This document shows positions 1 to 8,898 of a DNA stretch of 62,779 nucleotides, in pieces (the first letter of the stretch is position 1; every line of letters begins with the position of its first letter). The DNA comes from an uncultured Gammaproteobacteria bacterium (GTDB lineage Bacteria > Patescibacteriota > Microgenomatia > Levybacterales > UBA12049), in the NCBI GenBank assembly GCA_964540055.1, contig CAZILC010000008.1, positions 1 through 62,779 on the forward strand. Reading direction: 5' to 3'. Under the pieces are notes generated by a model. It did no database searches. It was not told the origin of the DNA and worked only from the letters and a program-made list of their open reading frames with translations. The translations under genes and the position numbers were made by a program.

Positions 1-58
1 GAAAATACAACCAACTAAACTTTTTCATTTCTCTCTACTATACAATAAAATCTCAAGT

Positions 59-87
59 TTGCGTATCGGTTAAAAATTCTCTACAAT
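59..87 (+). promoter_or_regulatory. putative sigma70-type promoter of murB (TTGCGT - 17 nt - TACAAT)
   Basis: The -35 TTGCGT is at 59-64 and the -10 TACAAT at 82-87. The ATG at 99 lies 11 nt after the -10, and no SD is visible. Confidence 0.4.
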
Positions 88-98
88 AAACGTCATAA

Positions 99-1061
99 AT
101 GCAAATTCATAAAGATTTTGATTTATCCAGTGTGTTGTGGTTTAGGATTGGTGGAAAAGCCCGATATTTTCTCCAATGTTCAACTCGCAAAGATATTTTC
201 GAAGCGCTGAATTTTGTTGAAGAGAATAAGCCGGAAAGGATTTTTGTTTGTGGTAAAGGCTCCAACCTCATTTTTACAGATGAATATTTTGACGGTGTTG
301 TTATTCAAATCGTCGCAGGAGAAAAACCGCAAATTAGCTTTCATGACAATCTGGCAACGGCATTTGCAGGCGAAACGCTTGATTCTCTTATTCAACTTGC
401 ATTCAATCACAAATTGTCGGGTCTTGAATGGGCCGGAGGATTACCCGGAACCGTTGGCGCTGGAGTTCGCGGCAATGTGGGTGCGTTTGGGGGGGAATTA
501 AAAGACCGACTCATTGCTGCTGAAGTGCTGCAATTTGATGATAAAAATATTGATGTTCTGGAAATGACTAATGAGGACTTTCATTTTTCCTACCGGCACA
601 GTATTGTGAAAGAAAAGAGAAATATGATAGTTACTGCCGCACAGTTTGAATTAACGCACACGGATCGCGAGCAATTGGTAAAAGCAAGAAGTGTGTATGT
701 CGGAAATAAAGATTATCGTAAATCCCATCATCCGCTGGAGTATCCAAATTGCGGTTCGGTATTTAAAAATATTAAAAACCCCAATGATGTTGCAAAAGTG
801 GTAGATGTCTGGCCTGAAATCCGTCCATTGGTGAAAGAAAAATGGCACGGGAAAGTCTCGATGGGCTATATTATTAATCGTTTAGGATTTAGTGGTTACA
901 CAATTGGCAATGCAAAGGTATCGGAAAAGCATGCGAATTTTATCAATAATTTGGGAGGCGCGACGGCAAAAGATGTTTTGACAATCATAAAACGCATTCA
1001 GGAAATGACTGAAGAAACATTTGCAATCATTCCTGAAGTGGAGGTTGAAATAGTCCAATAG
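99..1061 (+). CDS. murB: UDP-N-acetylenolpyruvoylglucosamine reductase MurB
   Basis: 320-aa ORF. It has an FAD-binding N-terminus (FRIGGKARYF, GKGSNLIF) and a typical MurB C-terminal region (SGYTIGNAKVSEKHANFINN). Confidence 0.9.
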   Translation: MQIHKDFDLSSVLWFRIGGKARYFLQCSTRKDIFEALNFVEENKPERIFVCGKGSNLIFTDEYFDGVVIQIVAGEKPQISFHDNLATAFAGETLDSLIQLAFNHKLSGLEWAGGLPGTVGAGVRGNVGAFGGELKDRLIAAEVLQFDDKNIDVLEMTNEDFHFSYRHSIVKEKRNMIVTAAQFELTHTDREQLVKARSVYVGNKDYRKSHHPLEYPNCGSVFKNIKNPNDVAKVVDVWPEIRPLVKEKWHGKVSMGYIINRLGFSGYTIGNAKVSEKHANFINNLGGATAKDVLTIIKRIQEMTEETFAIIPEVEVEIVQ

Positions 1062-1160
1062 CTCTGGTAGAATAGATGAACAGTATGAATTTCGTTTCAA
1101 ATATTTCAAAGAAGACCAAGAAGCCTTTCTAACGAGGGATTTCTTGTTGTTGTATAAGGA

Positions 1161-1183
1161 CCCCTCGGATGAGGGGTTTTTTT
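1161..1183 (+). terminator. rho-independent terminator after murB
   Basis: Stem-loop CCCCTC-GGAT-GAGGGG followed by a T7 run. Confidence 0.7.
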
Positions 1184-1222
1184 GTGGGAAAGTCAACGTG
1201 GCGTGAGTGAGCAAAAACCAAT

Positions 1223-1277
1223 CTGCTGAGGTTTCGTAAAAGAGTAAAACTATTTTCCTCAGCGGGGAGGTTTTTTT
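1223..1277 (+). promoter_or_regulatory. structured leader hairpin ahead of the GNAT-like/HDAC pair
   Basis: CTGCTGAGG (1223-1231) pairs with CCTCAGCGG (1257-1265), giving 9 bp including one G-U and a 25-nt loop. GGAGG and a T7 run follow. An alternative small stem CCTC/GAGG (1257-60 with 1267-70) would occlude the SD. Confidence 0.35.
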
Positions 1278-1287
1278 GTGGAGAAAT

Positions 1288-2334
1288 ATGGCAAAAGCTG
1301 AAATTGTATCAAGTACAGGATCATTAGGTGCACAAGGACGTTCAGATAAACGTTTTTATATTAACGCGCCCGGATTTGTTGAAAAACCCGCTGAGTTTGC
1401 TGATGGCGTTGATCGGGTAAAACGTATTATCCCATTTGGACGAGCGACGCGGTATGCTTTTCGAGGGATCGTTGGGCCATCAGTTATGGAGCATATCCAT
1501 GGTGATGCGACATTGCGACCTAGGCTGGAAGTAGCGATGCCTTTAAGGGAGTTTACGAACGATCAGTCATGGCTTGTTTCCCTTGCGCATAATGCTCCTG
1601 GAAGACAAGCAATTGTTCCTAAAGAAATTATGCAAAGAGAAGCTTCTGCCGGTCGAGATGAGATAACATCGCCGAGTGGTAAAATGGCTCAATTTATAGA
1701 GAGAGGTTTTCGGTTTTGGGGAACTATTGATAATCGCGATATAGATCAGGTTTATCAGTTATGGGGACCAACGTTTGGATGGGATAGGGAAAAAAGGGAA
1801 GTGGAAGCATTGCAAAGCAGGCTTGCTGCCGGTCGTAAAATGGATCCTGCGAATAGAAATGTATGGGTTAGTATACTGAAAGATCAAGGAGGCACCATTG
1901 CGGGACTTGCAATGGCAGAGTTATTATCCCGGCCTGGACAAAGTGCTTTGCTTGATACCGTTGAATTAACAGAATGGAAAGTTAATCCGGATTATGAGAA
2001 ACAGGGAGTTATGCAGGCAACGATAGGTGGGTTAATCGGTCAAGTTTCGCAAGATCTTCGAAGGAGTCCAAACAAAGGGCCTCTCTATTTTGCAGAATGT
2101 AATTTTGCAACTCGCGCTGATGGTTTGGGTGCTTCCGTTGGTCTTCATAGACCAAGTACGGACTATGCGCCGCAGATTAATGAACAAAATGTTGCTGTTG
2201 GTGACGGGAAAAAATTAGGGACTCGTTTACGGGATTTTACTTTTATGTATATGCCTCAATGGATGCTTGCTACTCATTATTCACCCAATCAAGTAGACAG
2301 AATGAATAATAGTATTAATTTTTCAATGAATTAA
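1288..2334 (+). CDS. hypothetical protein with C-terminal GNAT-like acetyltransferase region
   Basis: The ORF opens at TTG 1276, and an ATG at 1288 is preceded by GGAG. The C-terminal half has a GNAT-like pattern (VELTEWKVNPDYEKQGVMQATIGGLIGQV). The N-terminal ~150 aa are unrecognised. Confidence 0.45.
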   Translation: MAKAEIVSSTGSLGAQGRSDKRFYINAPGFVEKPAEFADGVDRVKRIIPFGRATRYAFRGIVGPSVMEHIHGDATLRPRLEVAMPLREFTNDQSWLVSLAHNAPGRQAIVPKEIMQREASAGRDEITSPSGKMAQFIERGFRFWGTIDNRDIDQVYQLWGPTFGWDREKREVEALQSRLAAGRKMDPANRNVWVSILKDQGGTIAGLAMAELLSRPGQSALLDTVELTEWKVNPDYEKQGVMQATIGGLIGQVSQDLRRSPNKGPLYFAECNFATRADGLGASVGLHRPSTDYAPQINEQNVAVGDGKKLGTRLRDFTFMYMPQWMLATHYSPNQVDRMNNSINFSMN

Positions 2335-2349
2335 GGTAAAATATACACG

Positions 2350-3303
2350 ATGAAAATAATCTATTCACCATTACATAAAAAACACTCTCCAAAATTGGAG
2401 ATGTTGGAAGGGGAAAAAATTCCCTATGCAGAAGTGCCGGAAAGGATTGAATCGATTGTCTCGGAGTTTAAAATACAAGGATTGGGAAAATTAATTCAAG
2501 AACCCCAACAGTTTAGTCTGAGATATATCAATAGTGTGCATCAAGAACATTACATAAATTACCTTAAAAAAAATTCCGAAGTAAATGCAAAAGGATCTGA
2601 TAGTTTCTTTACATCTTTTTTTATCAATGATCAGTGTGCACCTGTTACAACTTCGACCTATGCAGCGGCTGTAGAATCAGTGAATTGTGCGTTAACGGGT
2701 GCAAGACTTCTTAAAAAAGAACCGATTGTGTATACACTTTGCAGACCTCCGGGTCATCATGCGGAAAAAAACAGAATGGGGGGGTATTGTTACTTTAACA
2801 ATGCGGCTGTCGCTTCGGAATACCTTTCTCAAAACGGAAAAGTTGCTATTCTTGATATTGATTTTCATCATGGAAATGGAACACAGCAAATTTTTTATGA
2901 ACGATCCGATGTCTTGTATGTTTCGTTACATATAAATCCAGCTGTCGGATTTCCCTACACGGCCGGGTTTGCAGATGAAGTTGGAGCAGGCTCTGGTAAA
3001 GGTTTTAACAAAAATTTCCCTTTGCCAAAAAGTACATCTGAAGCATTATATGAAAGAAAATTAAAAGAAGCACTTGGTGAGATTAGAGATTTTAAACCTT
3101 CCACTCTTGTAGTTTCCTGTGGGTTTGATACCTATATAAAAGATCCGGTTGGTGGTTTCAAACTCGCTATTCCGTTTTACGAAAAAATAGCGCGAATGAT
3201 TATGGCCTTACAGCTTCCCACGTTGGTAATTCAGGAAGGAGGATATCATGTGGGAGATCTTGGGAAAATTGCTTTTAGTTTTGCGAAAGGATTACAATCG
3301 TAG
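2350..3303 (+). CDS. histone deacetylase-family (AcuC/acetylpolyamine amidohydrolase-like) deacetylase
   Basis: HDAC-family motifs are present: CRPPGHHAE, DIDFHHGNGTQ, CGFDTY and EGGY. Confidence 0.85.
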   Translation: MKIIYSPLHKKHSPKLEMLEGEKIPYAEVPERIESIVSEFKIQGLGKLIQEPQQFSLRYINSVHQEHYINYLKKNSEVNAKGSDSFFTSFFINDQCAPVTTSTYAAAVESVNCALTGARLLKKEPIVYTLCRPPGHHAEKNRMGGYCYFNNAAVASEYLSQNGKVAILDIDFHHGNGTQQIFYERSDVLYVSLHINPAVGFPYTAGFADEVGAGSGKGFNKNFPLPKSTSEALYERKLKEALGEIRDFKPSTLVVSCGFDTYIKDPVGGFKLAIPFYEKIARMIMALQLPTLVIQEGGYHVGDLGKIAFSFAKGLQS

Positions 3304-3336
3304 TTTTTCCTCAACCAAAAAGCTATAATACAAACT

Positions 3337-5574
3337 ATGTTCTGGGCAGATGAAGTTTTAAAAAATAGAAAAGGAAATGAAGTATTGGAAGATGCGTGGA
3401 CGCCTTCGGGTATTGTTCATATGGGCGGTTTGAAAGGTCCTGTTATTCATGATGTTTTATATAAAGTTTTGAGAGAACAAAAAAAAGAGGCGAAATATAT
3501 TTATGGTTTTGATGATTTTGATCCGATCGATGGGTTGCCTCCAGATCTTCAGGAATCTCACAAAGAATATATGGGTGTTCCCACATTTATGGCACCATCT
3601 CCTGATGGAAAAGGAACGTTTGCGGATTATTTTGGTAACAGAATGCGCGATATGTTTAAAAAATTGGGTGTCGAAGCGGAAATTTATTTGGCCTCAGTTA
3701 ATTATAAAAAAGGTCTCTACAACGAAGGCATTAAAAAAATGCTTGATAACGTTACAAAAGTGCGAAAAGTCTATGAAGATATGTATAAGCACTCTGTTAA
3801 AAATGATTGGTATCCATTGCAAGTTATTTGTCCAACATGTGGCAAATTAGGGACAACAAAAGTCACCGACTGGGATGGCAAAGAAGTAACCTTTACTTGT
3901 TTGCCAAATCTGGTTACCTGGGCACAAGGATGTGGCACAAAGGGGAAAATTTCACCATTTGATGGTAATGCAAAAATGCCATGGAAACCTGAGTGGTCAG
4001 TCAAATGGTATACCTTTGGTGTAACGATTGAATGGTCAGGGAAAGATCATATGTCAGCCGGAGGATCGTTTGAAATTGCGGCAAATATTGTGCAAGCTGT
4101 TTTTAATCAAAAGCCTCCAATGGCAAAAGGATATGAATTTTTCTTATGGAATGGCAAAAAAATGTCATCTTCAAAAGGACTTGGTTTAACTGCTGAAGAA
4201 TTGCTTGAAGTTTTGCCTGTGCAAGTAGCACGATTTTTAATGATCAAAACCGAACCGACAAGAGCTGTTGAATTTAATCCTAAAGGCACTTCAATTTTGC
4301 CGACACTTTTTGATGAGTATCAAAAAGCAGCTGATGCATATTTTAATAAAGGAGATGAAGATTTGGCACGTGCGTTTGAACTATCCCAAATTGGTGAAAT
4401 ACTGCAACTCCCGAAAGTTCGTTTCTCAGTTCTTGCGCAATGGGTACAGATGCCAAATATGAAAAAGAAGATCCAAGAAGAAGGACTTGAAGAGTGGGCA
4501 AAATATGCGCGAGTTTATATTGAAAAATATGCACCTGATTCAGAAAAGTTTAGTATCCAAAAAGAATTACCCGAAGCTGCAAAAGATTTAAATGATTTGC
4601 AAAAAGAATTGCTTAAGAAAATTGCTGAAAAATTAGATTCAGAGGAAGATGCAGAAGCTTTTCAAACACACATTTATGATGTCGGTAAAGAGCTAGGTCT
4701 TAACGGGAAAGAAACGTTTGCAGCAATATACAAAGTTTTGATCGGTAAAGATCATGGGCCAAAAGCTGCTTGGTTAATTCTTTCACTGGAAAAAGATTTT
4801 GTGAAAAAACGGTTTGGAGAAGCATTTTCCCAGAAGCAAGAAGCAGGAATTAAGAATAGCGAAAACGTTTCTGTAAAAGTTTTTGATAAACCTGAAATTT
4901 TTTCTTTGGCAAAAGAAGCGGCAGAAAAATTCCCGTCAATTTCAATTGGTATAGCGGTTATAAAAGGAGTTGCAATTACAAAAACACATCCTGATTTGGA
5001 AAAAGAAAAACAGGAACTTCTCGATTCTCTGCAAGGGTTAACTACCGAAGAGCTTGGTCAATATCCGCAAGTGTTAAGTTATCGACAGTTATATAAACAA
5101 ATGGGAGTTGACTGGCATTCACGCCGTCCAAGTCCTGAAGCACTACTTCGTCGCGTTGCACTTAACAAAGGTTTGTATACGATTAATACGTGTGTTGATG
5201 CATACAATCTTTCGGTAATGAGAAATCGAGTATCTGTCGGGGCTTTTGATTTAGATGCAATTGTATTTCCGACTGAGTTACGCTTTGCAAAAGAAGATGA
5301 AGAAATTCTACTTTTAGGTGATTCCGAACCGACAAAATATAAAGATTCGGAACTAGCATATTTTGATCAAAATGGAGGCTACAATATTGATTTTAATTTT
5401 CGCGATGCGCAAAGAACTGCAGTTAAAGAAACAACAAAAAATCTTTATATCAATGTTGATGGTGTGAATAATATTTCTCCTGAACAAGTTGAAAAAACAC
5501 TTAAAGAAGCTTGTGATTTGATAATGAAATATTGTGGAGGAACTCTTGAGGAATTTGGTATTGTAACGCCGTGA
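3337..5574 (+). CDS. lysK: class-I lysyl-tRNA synthetase with C-terminal B3/B4-type domain
   Basis: 745 aa. It has a class-I HIGH-region equivalent (IVHMGGLKGPVIHD), the KMSKS-type motif KMSSSKG and a CxxC...C zinc knuckle (CPTCGK). Residues ~520-745 resemble stand-alone B3/B4 (PheRS-beta-like, COG3382-type) proteins. Confidence 0.85.
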   Translation: MFWADEVLKNRKGNEVLEDAWTPSGIVHMGGLKGPVIHDVLYKVLREQKKEAKYIYGFDDFDPIDGLPPDLQESHKEYMGVPTFMAPSPDGKGTFADYFGNRMRDMFKKLGVEAEIYLASVNYKKGLYNEGIKKMLDNVTKVRKVYEDMYKHSVKNDWYPLQVICPTCGKLGTTKVTDWDGKEVTFTCLPNLVTWAQGCGTKGKISPFDGNAKMPWKPEWSVKWYTFGVTIEWSGKDHMSAGGSFEIAANIVQAVFNQKPPMAKGYEFFLWNGKKMSSSKGLGLTAEELLEVLPVQVARFLMIKTEPTRAVEFNPKGTSILPTLFDEYQKAADAYFNKGDEDLARAFELSQIGEILQLPKVRFSVLAQWVQMPNMKKKIQEEGLEEWAKYARVYIEKYAPDSEKFSIQKELPEAAKDLNDLQKELLKKIAEKLDSEEDAEAFQTHIYDVGKELGLNGKETFAAIYKVLIGKDHGPKAAWLILSLEKDFVKKRFGEAFSQKQEAGIKNSENVSVKVFDKPEIFSLAKEAAEKFPSISIGIAVIKGVAITKTHPDLEKEKQELLDSLQGLTTEELGQYPQVLSYRQLYKQMGVDWHSRRPSPEALLRRVALNKGLYTINTCVDAYNLSVMRNRVSVGAFDLDAIVFPTELRFAKEDEEILLLGDSEPTKYKDSELAYFDQNGGYNIDFNFRDAQRTAVKETTKNLYINVDGVNNISPEQVEKTLKEACDLIMKYCGGTLEEFGIVTP
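4897..5574 (+). other. B3/B4-like domain appended to LysRS
   Basis: The segment SYRQLYKQMGVDWHSRRPSPEALLRRVALNKGLYTINTCVDAYNLSVMRNRVSVGAFDLD matches the conserved core I recall for B3/B4 domain proteins. Confidence 0.6.
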
Positions 5575-6386
5575 CTTATCAATCATTTATCACATCAGCA
5601 CTTACAGACGCAACTGAAATTGCTAAAGAAAAACTTGGCAAAGTAACAGGAACGATAAAAGGCGGAGATAGTAATCAGGTTTTGACCGAAGCAGATATCG
5701 CAATAGGCGCGTTTATTATTCAGAAAATAAAAAAAGAATATCCACAGTACAATATTATCGATGAAGAGGCAGGTGTTATCGATAATACCTCCGAATTTAC
5801 TTGGGTGATTGATCCGATTGATGGGACGAGTAATTTTGCCAATGGGGTGCCGATGTTTGGTATCATGATAGGTTTACTCCATGGATCAACACCAATTGCG
5901 GGCGGTATTTCATTTCCCTTTTTCAATTACATTTGTTATGCGGAGAAAGAGAAAGGAGCTTTTTGTAATGAGAAACAACTAACAGTAACCTCTGAGATAA
6001 ATTTACTTAATACGTTGGTTGCCTATGGCATGGATGCATATCAAAATGAGCCTGTAATTACGCACAATGAAACAAAATTGCTCGCTGAAATTATTTTGGC
6101 AAGTAGAAATTTTCGAACAAGCAATAGTGTATTTGATATTTTGATGGTCGCACAAGGGAATTATGGTGGAGCGCTTAACAGAACGAGTAAAATTTGGGAT
6201 AATGTTGCGCCGCATATTCTCATTGAAGAAGCAGGCGGTTTGTACACTGATTTTTTGGGAAAACCCATTGATTACTCACAGCCGCTTACGAAAATAGATA
6301 CAAATTATACCTTTTGCGCTGCATCGCCACAATTGCATAGGCAATTGCAGGATATTATTCATAAAGCAGGCATTTTTGTAAATTAA
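5571..6386 (+). CDS. inositol monophosphatase (SuhB/IMPase) family protein
   Basis: The GTG start overlaps the lysK stop (GTGA). Motifs WVIDPIDGTSNF and WDNVAP are present. Confidence 0.85.
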   Translation: MTYQSFITSALTDATEIAKEKLGKVTGTIKGGDSNQVLTEADIAIGAFIIQKIKKEYPQYNIIDEEAGVIDNTSEFTWVIDPIDGTSNFANGVPMFGIMIGLLHGSTPIAGGISFPFFNYICYAEKEKGAFCNEKQLTVTSEINLLNTLVAYGMDAYQNEPVITHNETKLLAEIILASRNFRTSNSVFDILMVAQGNYGGALNRTSKIWDNVAPHILIEEAGGLYTDFLGKPIDYSQPLTKIDTNYTFCAASPQLHRQLQDIIHKAGIFVN

Positions 6387-6393
6387 CCATCTC

Positions 6394-6422
6394 TTGACAT
6401 TAGGTGTCAAAACCTCTGTAAT
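6394..6422 (+). promoter_or_regulatory. putative promoter (TTGACA - 17 nt - TGTAAT) with a palindromic -35
   Basis: TTGACA is at 6394-6399 and TGTAAT at 6417-6422. TTGACAttaggTGTCAA (6394-6410) is an inverted repeat. Confidence 0.4.
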
Positions 6423-6436
6423 AAATATACTGATCT

Positions 6437-6868
6437 ATGGTGAATAATCTCGCAACGGCTGCTTCTTTTTTTCGTTCTTTGTCTTATGGTAAAAAACTGA
6501 CAGTTCTTTCAGCGGTTGTTCTGGTCATTAGTCTGCCAACGCTTCTTTTTGTACTTACTCAACCGCAAAATATTGCAAGTAAAGCAGATACGACAACGCT
6601 AATTGAGGCTGAATCGGGTACACTTTCTGGCAATGCCGTTGTAAAATCCAGTGAAACTGCATCTGGCGGGAAATATATCGTACTTAATGCAACAACTCCC
6701 ACCCCTCGACCACCTACGCCCACGTGGAAGCCTTATCCTTCACTTACTCCACGTCCCAGCTTACGACCTACGGTTACTCCAACACCGCGTCCGACAGCAA
6801 CACCTACACCGACTCCAACACCAGGACATGGGTTGGGTAATGATAATAAACCGGGGAATGACCGTTAA
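6437..6868 (+). CDS. secreted/anchored protein with a Pro/Thr-rich tail
   Basis: N-terminal hydrophobic anchor, the segment IEAESGTLSGNAVVKSSETASGGKYIVLN (reads like the first strands of a CBM-like domain), then a PTP/RPT low-complexity tail. Confidence 0.5.
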   Translation: MVNNLATAASFFRSLSYGKKLTVLSAVVLVISLPTLLFVLTQPQNIASKADTTTLIEAESGTLSGNAVVKSSETASGGKYIVLNATTPTPRPPTPTWKPYPSLTPRPSLRPTVTPTPRPTATPTPTPTPGHGLGNDNKPGNDR

Positions 6869-6871
6869 CAT

Positions 6872-8170
6872 ATGAAAAACTTTTTACTGAGAAATAAAAA
6901 ATACCTAACATTTATAGTAGTTTGCGTACTAGTCTATTTAGCGTTTGGTTTACAAAAAACGCATGCGCAATCTATTACCGGGACCACTCCCTCAACTGTA
7001 GTTTCTCAAGCACCAACTGAAGTCCCAACAACTTTGCCAACCCAAGTACCTACTATTTTGCCAACAAATATTCCGACATCGATACCTACTGTTCTGCCAA
7101 CTGATTTGCCAACAGCAGTACCTACAGCTATCCCAACAGTTTGTAATCCATTACCAACCAATACAGGAACTGTTACAACGACCGTCACTCTAGGATCATC
7201 AACCAAATACGCTGTATGGAGCAGAATGATGGCTCCAAATACTAACGCTTCATCCTATTACCTGGTTATTGACAATCAGTGTGGTATAAAGGTTGGGGGA
7301 AATAGTCTCAGTGCTTTTTCCTGGACATGGGTTGGCTATTCGGACGGTTTGCCTGCGGATCGAGTATTACTTGATCTCACAAAAGGTGCGCACATTGTGA
7401 AATTGATTGGTGATACCCCAAATGTTGGTTTGGATAAAATAATTTTTACTCCTGATATGTCGTGTGTGCCAACGGGTCAGGGGAATAATTGTAATCAAAT
7501 AGTTACACCAACTCTTGTTGCAACAGCAACAGGGGCAGCACAACCGACGGTAGTTACCACATCTGTTGCCCCAACTGCACCTATTCCTACCGATACACCT
7601 GCGCCAACCGCTACACCAGTGCCTGGAACACAATTTGCAATAACTGTTTTAGTCCATGGAGTAGGTCACGGCGGAGATAATGTCGCTCCCCAAAGTGAAG
7701 GCAACAATGCACCGATTCATATCCAAAGGACTGCTGCAGTTGAAATATATGACAGTAATAATACGTTGGTAGCAAGTCCAACCGGAACCGTCACTTTTGA
7801 TCCTCATACAGGAATGTATAAGGGCGTTATTGCTGTTGGAAAAGCTCTTCCGGCTGGTGCATATCTTACTAAGATTACTATTGCCCATCATTTGAACAAA
7901 TCAGCAGTTAAGATTGTAACTATAACTAATGGAGAAGCAAATCCCATCGCACTTGATGCTGTCCAATTGGTAGCAGGCGATCTGAATGGTGATGGGAAAT
8001 TAAGCATAGTTGATTTCAATGTCATAATGGGTTGCGTCTCAGATCTTGGACAGGCTAAAAATTGTACCCCTGATAAAAAAGAAGCTGCGGATCTCAATGA
8101 TGACGGTGTTGTAGATCTTTCAGATTTGAATCTCTATTTTAGAGAAGTTGCAGTACAATCCGGTCAATAA
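6872..8170 (+). CDS. secreted protein with xxPT tandem linkers, a beta-sandwich-like region and C-terminal dockerin-like repeats
   Basis: Signal peptide ending HAQ, then 11 xxPT repeats. Two EF-hand-like dockerin repeats are present: GDLNGDGKLSIVDFNVIM and ADLNDDGVVDLSDLNLYF (about 7976-8140). Confidence 0.6.
   Translation: MKNFLLRNKKYLTFIVVCVLVYLAFGLQKTHAQSITGTTPSTVVSQAPTEVPTTLPTQVPTILPTNIPTSIPTVLPTDLPTAVPTAIPTVCNPLPTNTGTVTTTVTLGSSTKYAVWSRMMAPNTNASSYYLVIDNQCGIKVGGNSLSAFSWTWVGYSDGLPADRVLLDLTKGAHIVKLIGDTPNVGLDKIIFTPDMSCVPTGQGNNCNQIVTPTLVATATGAAQPTVVTTSVAPTAPIPTDTPAPTATPVPGTQFAITVLVHGVGHGGDNVAPQSEGNNAPIHIQRTAAVEIYDSNNTLVASPTGTVTFDPHTGMYKGVIAVGKALPAGAYLTKITIAHHLNKSAVKIVTITNGEANPIALDAVQLVAGDLNGDGKLSIVDFNVIMGCVSDLGQAKNCTPDKKEAADLNDDGVVDLSDLNLYFREVAVQSGQ
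7010..7141 (+). repeat. degenerate 12-nt tandem repeat encoding (x-x-P-T) x 11
   Basis: The translation reads APTEVPTTLPTQVPTILPTNIPTSIPTVLPTDLPTAVPTAIPTV. Confidence 0.8.
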
Positions 8171-8234
8171 AAAATCTTCGGGTAACGACCGTTTGGTTTT
8201 CATTTTATCCCTTCAATACGATATAATTTACAAG

Positions 8235-8843
8235 ATGAAAAAAGTACTTATCGCAACCACGAATAAAGGAAAACTACATGAATTATCACTTTTTTTAATG
8301 GATTTACCACTAGAGTTGGTTTCACTTTCAGATGTTGGCATTACCATTGAACCTGAGGAAACCGGGAAAGATTATACGGAAAATTCGCAATTAAAAGCTT
8401 TATTTTACAGTAAAAAAAGTGGATTGCCAGCTATCGCAGATGACGGGGGGCTGGAAATTATGGCTCTGGGAGGCGCCCCAGGTTTGAAATCTCATCGTTG
8501 GCTTGGTCCTGATACGACAGAGAAAGATATTGTTGTACACATGAAAAAAATTGCCAAAACATTGCCGGATGACAACAGAAAAGCTTTTTTCAAAACCGTC
8601 GTGTCAATCGGTTTTCCTGATGGCAAGGCTAAAAGTTTTTATGGAGAAGTTGAAGGTATTATTGCAAAAGAACCATCTATAAAATATGAACCAGGATATC
8701 CTTACCGGTCGTTTTTCTTTGTGCCAAAATTGCATAAATTTTATTTTGAAACAGAATTAACACCAACTGAATTAAAAAAATATAATCATCGGTATAATGC
8801 AGTACAAAAATTGAAAAAGTATCTTCAAAAAGAATTGTTTTAG
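8235..8843 (+). CDS. rdgB: non-canonical purine NTP pyrophosphatase (RdgB/HAM1 family)
   Basis: The protein starts MKKVLIATTNKGKLHE. The ATG at 8235 lies 7 nt after TATAAT (8222-8227). The longer ORF from 8148 overlaps the preceding gene. Confidence 0.85.
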   Translation: MKKVLIATTNKGKLHELSLFLMDLPLELVSLSDVGITIEPEETGKDYTENSQLKALFYSKKSGLPAIADDGGLEIMALGGAPGLKSHRWLGPDTTEKDIVVHMKKIAKTLPDDNRKAFFKTVVSIGFPDGKAKSFYGEVEGIIAKEPSIKYEPGYPYRSFFFVPKLHKFYFETELTPTELKKYNHRYNAVQKLKKYLQKELF

Positions 8844-8898
8844 TTTGTTAATCATAATTACCCTGTGATAAGATACTATATATCCTTTTCACTAGCTC

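Noticed and set aside
1-29. Possible 5' end of a minus-strand gene (CAT at 27-29, reading MKKFSWLYF...)
   Set aside because: Only 9 codons are visible at the window edge, so the call cannot be supported.
5571-5574. Alternative genetic code (UGA recoding as in some CPR lineages)
   Set aside because: TGA terminates lysK exactly where the conserved protein ends, in a GTGA start/stop overlap. Conserved genes show no in-frame TGA, so the standard code fits.
8148-8234. N-terminal extension of the rdgB ORF overlapping the end of the dockerin-like gene
   Set aside because: The conserved RdgB sequence begins at MKKVLIATTNKGK (ATG at 8235). A TATAAT box sits inside the extension, 7 nt upstream of that ATG.
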